This document shows positions 24,053 through 33,400 of a stretch of DNA of 64,000 nt, piece by piece (within the stretch, counting starts at the first letter, position 1; each line of letters opens with the position of its first letter). The position numbers and the translations under genes are program-made. The DNA is taken from assembly GCF_018977255.1 (NCBI RefSeq), contig NW_024704742.1, forward strand, positions 125,304,001 through 125,368,000. The letters run 5' to 3'. This DNA is from Callorhinchus milii (Eukaryota). The notes below the pieces were generated by a model. That model was not told where the DNA came from. It made no database searches and worked only from the letters and a program-made list of their open reading frames with translations.

Positions 24053-26386
24053 CTGTAAAATAAGTTAAAATAGGCAACAGATCCTAAGTTGGATGCAAGG
24101 TGGACCACACAACAAGAGCTAATGGTTCTGCACCAATAACATGAAATCTTTGAGAAACTATTTGGGAGCTGTGGTGGTGGGGAGGGGGGGGGGGGGGGGA
24201 CTGTAGTTTGCAGTACCAAAAGAAAAAAAAACACGTAACTAGGCCTGAGCAGCAATGCATTCATTCCACGTTCCTCGAAGGCGCCTGGTTTCAAATGCAA
24301 CTCAAGTGACATTAATATGGAGTGAAAAGTAAGCTCAGGACTCTCAGCCCTGCACGCGTCCAAAACTGATTAAACTGCATGACGCCGAAAGCAAAACAAA
24401 TAAACTGTGTATATCTGAAGAACAGGACACGTACTCTTTACAATACAGTGCGATTTCCTGCGGTGAACTCCTTTTTTTTAAAGTGAATGATCAACTGGGC
24501 TGGGATTCAGGTTCAGATTCAAACGAGGAACCGCAGTCTCTGGTTATCTGAATACTAATTCCAACCAAATCCACACACATGCAATTCGGATATAAGCGCC
24601 TGGTGTGAGCGGCTGTTTACAAAGTGCTAAGTGGTTAGTGCTGTGTCAGTGCAGTTAGCATTGCCGGTTTTTAATGAACGGATTTTTTTCCGCTTGAGCA
24701 TCTTTGTTGTGTCGTTCGCAAAATATTATTCTGGAAAATAGCGCAAAATACGCTCTCCGTGCATTCAGTTGTGCGATGTGATAAAAAAAAAAGGGTTCCC
24801 GCAAAGCCGGGGTGTGATAAGAGATCTGTATAATTTCTTTCAAGAAACTGCTTAAAAATAGATTTCGAAAGTTCGGCTATTGCTGTTATTTTTTTTGCAA
24901 AAGCAATCCTTCCTTTGAAATCTGATATTTTATGAAAAGAAATTGAAAGCATGTTTTGAGTAAAATATTATGGTCAACGGTGCTCTATTTAATGCCCAAC
25001 ACTTTAGGTTCAACAATCTCATATAGTTTGCCGCCTATAACAAAAAAAGAAACGTACTGCAGGGAATTCAAATAGGATTTAATAAGCCAGACACACTACA
25101 TAGTGGGGGAGGGGAATCCCTTTAACCATATTAAAGAATATAAACCGCCATCAAATCATGTTAGGGAAGTACAATTCATTATCAACGATGGAGGGATGTG
25201 ATTTGATATTTAATGTGCCTTCCAATTTGAGATTTAATTTTACGCGCACAAAGTTTCCAAAATAAAATTACAACGATGCAATTCTGGACAACCCTGAAAT
25301 ATTTCACGAGGCAATGAGAACAAAAATGGAACTCAGCAATATTTACTCTGTAATAAAATATCAACCTCGGCAGCTGTTATATGAACAGTCTTCAAACGTA
25401 TAATTATGTAAATTGTAGATCGGCTGCCCTTGGAATTTAATGTATTTTAATAAGGAGCCAAACGCATTATTCTCAGTTTGGGGTAAGGATAATAAAAAAA
25501 AGGTTTAAAAGACTGCAACATCGAGCTTTTGATAAGCGTAAGGCCATACAATCTGATATCTTATTGTATAAAGGCCGTCTAAACGTATTTGTATGATATG
25601 TAAAATAAAGGATCAAATCCCGAGATTAGTGACCATGCCTTGTTTTATATAAACAGTAAAAGAAAGTTAGAACCTGCAAAATACATATGCATTGTTATTG
25701 TAAGCATAATTGACTTAACTGGAAAGCGATCACATAATAATACATTTAGACCCTACCGCTGTACATCACATTCAAGAGGATTGTTGTCAAACGTTACCTA
25801 TAAAAGCACGTTTGATTAAGTCATTCAAATGGTAACGTGAACCCTACATAAGTGAAACCGCGATTCGTCAACGCATCTATTTACCTTGAACTATTGACAA
25901 TTAAAACAGGTCAACATGACCCACAAGGGGTTACAGGAGAAACATTTTAAATCGCTTTCAAACGTAGTTCAGATATTTAGCATAGAAGAACAGCATGGCT
26001 CAAGCCGATAGCCCCCTCCATCACAATCTCTCTTGTGTAACATTAAACATAAAAACATAAAAACACACAACCAAACATAAACAGTACACACGTTAAACGA
26101 GCTCTTGTTGGGGGGTTTCAGCTGTACATAACCCATAGTCAAGAGCCCAATTTCAGGCGTTTCAGGTTCACAGTAAACTCGGACATTACATAATGCAGAA
26201 ATTCACCACTCAATAATGGCAAAACGCAAACCAATAAACCATCGACTGCATAGAAAAAGTTCAAACCCACTGCTCGTGTTGTAAGGCAATAGACAAGAGC
26301 AGATGTTTTTTGGGGTTTTTTTTTTGCTCACTGCATGAAAAATGAATGGGCTTTCATAGACAGCCGAGTTGTTAAAGCGTACATAC

Positions 26387-26643
26387 CCGCCATCTGTAGG
26401 GGTCTGTTGCCGTGCATGGGGCTGAGGGGGTCTGGGCCGACCGAAGCCCTCTCTACAACGTCGTGATCCGCCCGACAGAAGAGTCCATCCTCCCGCAACG
26501 CGAATTCATCGCCGGGGATGAGTTGGCGACTGCACGCCACACAGCGGAAGCAGTCAATGTGATACACCTTACTGCGAGCTCTCATCACAAAGTCATTCTT
26601 ACTAAATCCTATGTTACACTTTGCACATTTAGTTCCGTATAAC
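26387..26643 (-). CDS. isl1: ISL1 coding exon 3 (LIM domain 2)
   Basis: ctgcag|GTTA acceptor, GCGG|gtatgt donor; 257 nt; [61 protein letters not shown]...RPLQMA; phases match neighbouring exons. Confidence 0.98.
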
Positions 26644-28001
26644 CTGCAGAGTCGAAAACAAAAGCACCAAACATTGTTTTTATTACGGGAACAGCGGTAC
26701 AAATCTGACTTTAATACCCCCAAAACATAGAATATTCTTTGGTCTGAGCAAACACACACAGTAATTGCACTTTGCTCGACTCAGCAGTTTAATTTATCGA
26801 GTCACAAAGAGTCCAAAACAAACTATAGCCGAAATAATGTAATAATTTAATCGTCATCCCAATGTAAACTGCTATATTTTCAGATCATCCGAAGGACCTT
26901 AACACTGAACATTTCCACTCAGCCTCCACACCATTATGTATACTGTATTTGCACGATTAGAATTGAGACAACAGTTAATGAAAACAACGATTCCTAAAAT
27001 CATAGGAGTGCGTGAAATATTATCGAGCATTTAAACGGTTGAGTATACTTAAAACTTTTTTTTGGAGGGGGGTAGATTCTGCAAAATTCCATCAATACAT
27101 TATTTGTATGTAAAAATATATGGATGGACACAACCGTGGGATCTATTCGTTATCATAATCATCTTAACTTTATTCTTTTCGCCAGAAATAAAATCTAATT
27201 TTAAACAGTTACCCGCAAAAAAAAACGTCACTGCTTTTTAGTGTCACCGTTTAACTGGGTTATTTTAGTTTGTGTTTGTTTATTTTTCTGGTCGGTGGTC
27301 GACTTTACATGAGGGACTTCGTTTCCTTAGTTCAGTAGAAAATAGCACAAAACGTTTGCAAATCAATGCTAAACGTCAGGCGAATCAATACCACCTCTTG
27401 AACACCGGTATTAAATTGAATGTTTCGATAATGGCAGTGAATTATTATATTGCGAAAAATCACCTAGTATTTCAGACCCTGTGACTGCAATAATTCTCCT
27501 CGGTATAATTCCATACAACACAGGGCGACTGATTTGTACTTTCAGTTCACATGCCTCATTTCCAATCTACTATTACAAACATTCGGAAATACACAGACAA
27601 ATGATGACAGCCGAGGTTTTTTGCAATGAATCGCTGTCACTCCTAAACGTTGGAAACAACTAAGCCAGCGCTAAACTTTTTTTTCCCCCCCAAGTTTTTT
27701 TAAAAAAATGTCTCGATTTTTTTTCTCATTTACAGACTATCATCAACATCGTGTAATTCTCGGTACGTGGCGCAAGCTTAACAAAGGAAGCGGATATATA
27801 TTATCTAAATATGCCAATTGTTTTCTGCCAAATGATGGCCAATTTGATCTCGTCTGTCTAATTCACCAGCTGAGATAAGATAAGACAGGAAGAAGGCCAT
27901 TGAAGGGTTAATGTTTGGAATAGATCATTTAGGGATGGCAGTATACCTAACACAACTGGAAAGCTTATTTTTTTAAAAAAAAATAGAAGAACGTCACTCA
28001 C

Positions 28002-28191
28002 CTAATATAGTCTCTCTTGCAGTATGTTTTGCCATCCCTAACGAAGCAGGTACACGTTTCATCCAAATACTGGTTACATTCTGCACATTTTAGACAAGCT
28101 GCATGCCATTCTAGATCCGGAGAAACTCGAAGGATGAACTGATCATGAATCTGATTCCCACAACCAACACACAGTGAAATAAGGCGTTTTT
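28002..28191 (-). CDS. isl1: ISL1 coding exon 2 (LIM domain 1)
   Basis: ttgcag|AAAAACGC acceptor, ATTAG|gtgagt donor; 190 nt; [64 protein letters not shown]. Confidence 0.98.
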
Positions 28192-29100
28192 CTGCAAATT
28201 GATATGAAAATTGTGCAGTGAAACAGTGATCACTGATTTGGATTCTTGTATTATAAACATCGAATTCATTTGACACATTCCACCTCGGTTTTGTTAATAA
28301 TTGTTATATTTACTGGACAGACCTAATTTATATTACATTTCTTTTTTTGTAACATGATGCAGTCCAAAAAAAACTTCCAATAAATAACTTGAATGCAGAT
28401 GATTAGTTCGGATACGATTTAACAAACACTTTGAAAATCAATACAAAAGTTTAATTTTGTACGTAAACAGAGGTTCTGAGCTCATTTTTTTTCTTTACAG
28501 AGTGTTTTAAGGAATATTTCGTAGCATGCAACACTTTTTTAAAAAACTAAAAAGGCAAGCTTCTAACCGCAAGTAAAATATATAATGAAAAAGCTTAACA
28601 ATCATCTCGAAATGTGTGCAGGCATACTATTACAACCAGAATTTTTACAAGCAGAAACAAGTACAATTCTTGTGCAGTATCAAATTTCGCTCATTTTAGC
28701 AGAGATCCTACATAATCAGATGTATGTAACTGTGATACATCTGACAAGTCTCTGAAACAAGTATTGCAAGAAGCCACACACACAACAAAAAAAACGTTTA
28801 TCTATGTTTTTACTTCAACTCTACCACCCTACCACAGAGCTACTTTGTTCACACGTATCTCCAGTGGTGGGAATATCGTTAACAACGCAGTATGTATGTT
28901 GCCAAAACTCTTTGCTGTACCGTTCAACGCGTGAACGAGAGCCAAACTCTAACCAGAATGATCACTGTGCAAAGAGCAAATAAGTCCAGAGGCGCACAAT
29001 GAAGTCAAAGCGACGTGAGTTCACCTGTGAAACTGGTCATCTCCTCTCAACACCTGAATCAGATCATGGAAATGCAACAGCAAGGAAAAAACAAACTTAC

Positions 29101-29128
29101 TTTTGGGTGGATCTCCCATGTCTCCCAT
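29101..29128 (-). CDS. isl1: ISL1 coding exon 1 (MGDMGDPPK + 1 nt)
   Basis: Minus strand reads ATG GGA GAC ATG GGA GAT CCA CCC AAA A|gtaag. MGDMGDPPK is the diagnostic ISL1 (not ISL2) N-terminus; canonical donor at 29100. Confidence 0.97.
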
Positions 29129-29400
29129 TTCTTGTTATTGTGTAAAAAGTTTTTTTTTGTTGTTTGTTATTCCCTTGAATTTTTTTTTTGGGGGGGGGAG
29201 TGGGGAGGAGGAAAGGAGGAGAGGGGTGGTGGGGGGGTGGGGTGGGGGGTTGTTGATTATGTCCACAGAGCAGGGCCGGTTAGGAAGAGTGCAATCGGAG
29301 CTGCTTGTTGCTGCCAGACACTGGGGATAGGGCTATGCAGAGAGGCGGTGCGGTGTGTACAGTGCTGCCGATCATGCTCACTGCTCCTTATCTCTCACAC
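29129..29400 (-). other. isl1: isl1 5' UTR (TSS approximate)
   Basis: Lies between the promoter module and the ATG; contains GAGATAAGGA and CTGTGGACAT blocks recalled from the human ISL1 leader. Confidence 0.6.
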
Positions 29401-29427
29401 ACTCTGCCTGCGCTTCCTCCAGACCCT

Positions 29428-29520
29428 CGCCATTGGTCTGACGTAGGGCGCGCCTGACGTCAGGCGCACCCCGGCTCCCCCTCCCCTCCCCCTCCCGCCT
29501 CCGGCGATCTGATTGGCCCG
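29428..29520 (-). promoter_or_regulatory. isl1 proximal promoter: CCAAT - G-rich tract - CRE - half CRE - CCAAT
   Basis: CCAAT at 29512-29516 and 29432-29436 (minus strand), TGACGTCA at 29455-29462, TGACGT at 29439-29444, G-rich Sp/KLF-like tract at 29470-29500; CpG-rich; no obvious TATA box. Confidence 0.8.
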
Positions 29521-29569
29521 AGTCAGACCCCGGACAGCACCAGCTGTTTGTATTGTCCTGAGTGGGAGA

Positions 29570-29571
29570 GA

Positions 29572-29604
<33 letters not shown>

Positions 29605-29636
29605 TCTGTGTGTCTGTGTGTGTGTGTGTGTGAGAG

Positions 29637-29668
<32 letters not shown>

Positions 29669-29695
29669 TCTGTGTGTGTGTGTGTGTGTGAGAGT

Positions 29696-29726
<31 letters not shown>

Positions 29727-30360
29727 TCTGTGTGTCTGTGTCTGGGTGGGTGTCAGATTGTAGGTGTGTCTATTTGTGTGCATGTGTGTTTCGACTGTGT
29801 CTGAATGTATGTATGTGTCTCTGTGCGCACTCGTGTGTGTCTGTGTGTGTGTATGTGTGTGTGTGTGTGAATGTATGTGATATATTACAGATCTACCATG
29901 ATCTAACAGAATGGCGGAACACGCTAGAGGGGCTGAATGGCCCATTCCTGTTCCTATGTTTCTGTGTGTGTATTCTGTCTATATATGTGTGTCTGTATAT
30001 GTGTCTATCTGTGTGTATCTGTGTATGTATCTGTCCATCTGTGTGTGTGTGTGTGTGTGTGAAAGAGAGAGAGGGAATGTGTGTGTCTATCTGTGTGTGT
30101 GAGAGAGAGAGAGAGAGGGGATGTGTGTGTGTCTATCTGTGTGTGTATGTGAGAGAGAGAGGGGGATGTGTGTGTCTATCTGTGTGTGTGTGTGAGAGAG
30201 AGAGAGAGGGGATGTGTGTGTCTATCTGTGTGTGTGTGTGAGAGAGAGAGAGAGGGGATGTGTGTGTCTATCTGTGTGTGTGTGTGAGAGAGAGAGAGAG
30301 GGGATGTGTGTGTCTATCTGTGTGTGTGTGTGAGAGAGAGAGGGGATGTGTGTGTCTATC

Positions 30361-30394
<34 letters not shown>

Positions 30395-30415
30395 GGGATA
30401 TGTGTGTCTATCTGT

Positions 30416-30454
<39 letters not shown>

Positions 30455-30490
30455 GGGATGTGTGTGTCTATCTGTGTGTGTGTGTGTATG
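29570..30490. repeat. Compound (TG)n/(GA)n microsatellite block with higher-order units
   Basis: Runs of TG and GA; from ~30030 the unit (GT)n(GA)nGGGATGTGTGTGTCTATCT repeats about 9 times. Confidence 0.95.
29886..29962 (+). mobile_element. CR1-type LINE 3' end fragment
   Basis: ACAGATCTACCATGATCTAACAGAATGGCGGAACACGCTAGAGGGGCTGAATGGCCCATTCCTGTTCCTATG resembles the shark CR1 3' terminus; a related copy lies at ~59985-60095. Confidence 0.7.
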
Positions 30491-33400
30491 TTTAGCTCTG
30501 GACTGCAGCAGCTTTGTGTAGCTCAACATTTGGGCCTTTGGTTTCCTCCTTCCTTCTCGAATCGTTTTCTTTTTGCACACTCTCTTTCCTCTCTGTTCTC
30601 CCCTCCCCGCCCATCGCTATTTAGTCTTTGACTGACGATCTATTTTCATCCTCTTTTTTTAAAAATATCTCCCATCTATTTACCGTTTCAGCATTCAGCA
30701 CTACAACATCTGAATGTGTGTCTTGTTTGGGCGGAGGGCTTCAGATTAAGCGTTTTATTCCAAATTCAAAACAACTTTTTGTTATTAATATTGTTATTTA
30801 ATACGTTTGTTTAATTAGTGGAGGCAAAGGTTTGGCCCGCGATGAGTTTATTGAAACGCATAAATAATTTGGCCGGATTGTCGATCGAGTTCAGAATGTG
30901 GTTTTCCAGTCATATTGCCTGCAAGAAAAGCAACTTTTTTTTAATATAAAAAAGCGTTTACAAAGTCATATGTGCCGAAATGTAAGTAGGCCCTATGAAC
31001 AACTGCATCACTGTAAATACACACATTTACCCATTTCATGCATTGCATTTAAGCGTTCAGTGAAGTGCAGGACAAGGTCAATGTAGCGGCGAAAGGACAA
31101 ACCAACTCTGATAAATACGATATGTCTTGCAAGACAGGCACTATATAAAGCGACATTATAAAATACAACTTCCAACTATTTTCAATTGACTGTTTTACGA
31201 CTGATATATTTCTTGAATAAATAAATGCCAGGGCAACGAATGTGCACTGTTCTGTAGCCAGGGTTGCCATAGGCAAGTTTATAGTGGTGCATTCAGCGCA
31301 GATGATCCATTGTCTTATCATTTCTTTCTGGAGAAGGTTGTGGAAAGGGTTTCGTGATAAGACTGCGATATGCAATGATACATTCTGATGAATTTGCAGG
31401 TTAGGAACTCGCGTCAATTTGTTTTAATGCCACACTATATGAGAATAAATACAGCAACATTAAGGTAAGGCTTGTGTTTTTGCATTTTACCGCTGATCCG
31501 ATTTTTCTTCGTACCTTTTAAGGGGAAATTGTGCTTTGACGAAAAATAATAACGAAACGCAGCTTCCTAATGAGTAAGAAAGTGTTCGGCAACAGCTACA
31601 AAGGCTACAAAAATGTGAGGGTGTGGGAATTTTAGCTTTTAAACTCACTCCCGGGATGTGCATCAAGCACCCAGATAAGGGTATGTATGATTGAAAGGAT
31701 TCGATTGAGACTGAATATATGAATAAATAATTTTACTGATACAGTATTCGCCATTTGGTCGCCCACAATTGATGCAAAAAGGGTTAAACAAAAATAGGAC
31801 TTGATGCAAAAACAGGCCGAGGTGCACCCAGGAAAATACGCTTCAACGATGCACTAATTTCTAGATTTTCGCAAAGATTTGGGATGAAGCGTAAAATCGT
31901 GACAGAACGAGCTGTGCATTTGAATCTCTCCCCGTCCCATTCAACTAAATACAAGGAGGGTGAAAGTGTTATTGCAAATCCTTTAGCCCTAACCGGCAGC
32001 TGGGGTCGCCTTGCATATTTTCAACAGAACACTGTTTCTCCCTCTATTTTTATTGCAACGTCCAGGGCAGAACATGACCCAAAGTTAAAGCAGCAAAGCA
32101 ATAATCTGCCACTGGAATCGGCTTATTGTGCGTGTGGTAACAGAACGATTCGCGTCGATTTATTTATGCAATCGGCCAAACGGCGAGGGAGGAGAGTCCG
32201 CTTTTTTTTTCTTTACCCAAAAAACCCCGAGAATCACTTAACATTTTGCTCATCACCTTTCACAGCCGCCTTCACCCGCACACACGCGGCTCATATGATT
32301 TCGCTCGTGATGTACAAAAGAAGCGGAGCGCAGCGCACAAGTCTGGGAGCGAATACATTGGGCAAAGAAAAGAGAGAAAAGGTGGGGAGGGAGGAGGAGG
32401 TTACAGTGAACGATTTCTGCAAACAGCGCAACACAACAGTTTGTTTACCTGTCAAAAGTTTTCGAGACACGCGATGGGAGCACAAGCACAAAGCACAACG
32501 CGAGGAGAGTTTTTTTTTGCTGAGCAGAACAGAACAGAACCGCGCCTCAAACACTGGACTATCAAACATCCCATCGGTGTTATCTTCCGCGCTGGAAATG
32601 CAGCACTTCGCCCACTACTTTACGGCTACAGCGATCCCACTTTCCGCGCAAAAAAAATGCAAATGCAGATTGCCTTTTTATGTCATGTATAATATTAACA
32701 GTGCGCGCTGAAAGAAACCCAATTGCCCACGTTACTGGGCGTTTTAAACACAGGCTGGGAACTGGGGAGGGCACACGTGGAAACCGGGAGAGGTGAAATC
32801 GGAGGGTATTTTTTTTCCTCCCAATGTCTCCGCTGTGCAGAACCCAACACGTAATTACAGAGAATAATTACTGATAATCGCAGCTCCAAAGTGACAAATA
32901 AACACGTGGTTGAGAGGAAAGCCACAGTGACAGACGAGCGACCAGTAAACTGCGGAAAAACAAAGCGTTTAGCGGTGTGTCCGCTGTCAGACCAGCCGCA
33001 AACAGTTGGAATAGCCACTGCATCCCCTTTTCCCGATGATCCTCTTGTCAATTTCAGATCAGTCCCTATTGAGAATCAACCAACCGACCTGTAATCGCCA
33101 CTCACTCAGTCCGATTTAGTAATTATGTTTCGGGCAAGTAAATTAACTTGTTACACAAAAAGAGATAAAATACAGTCATTATAAAGCTGCAACTGAATTT
33201 GTTTTTTTTTAAACAAATTTCGATTTCAGTAAGAGCCTTTCACAAAAGGTGTAAAGGGAGAATATATTCAGGAGATTTAACGTGTCCATTAAAGTCGTAG
33301 GAAATGCAATCAGCTCTGGACAGCGTCAGGGCGACTGATCTGCGAAGCACTGAAATAAGATATTATTTTAGACCAAACAACATGACCTAAGGGTCTGATT

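Noticed and set aside
20982..29128. Assignment as isl2
   Set aside because: N-terminus MGDMGDPPKKKRLISLC, LIM2 sequence and C-terminus VASPIEA are ISL1-type.
29513..30631. Cys/Val-rich ORFs up to 242 aa
   Set aside because: Translations of (TG)n/(GA)n repeats.
31884..32711. 275-aa + strand ORF upstream of isl1 as a protein-coding gene
   Set aside because: No recognisable domain, passes through homopolymer runs, and no supporting exon structure; more likely chance in GC-richer regulatory DNA.
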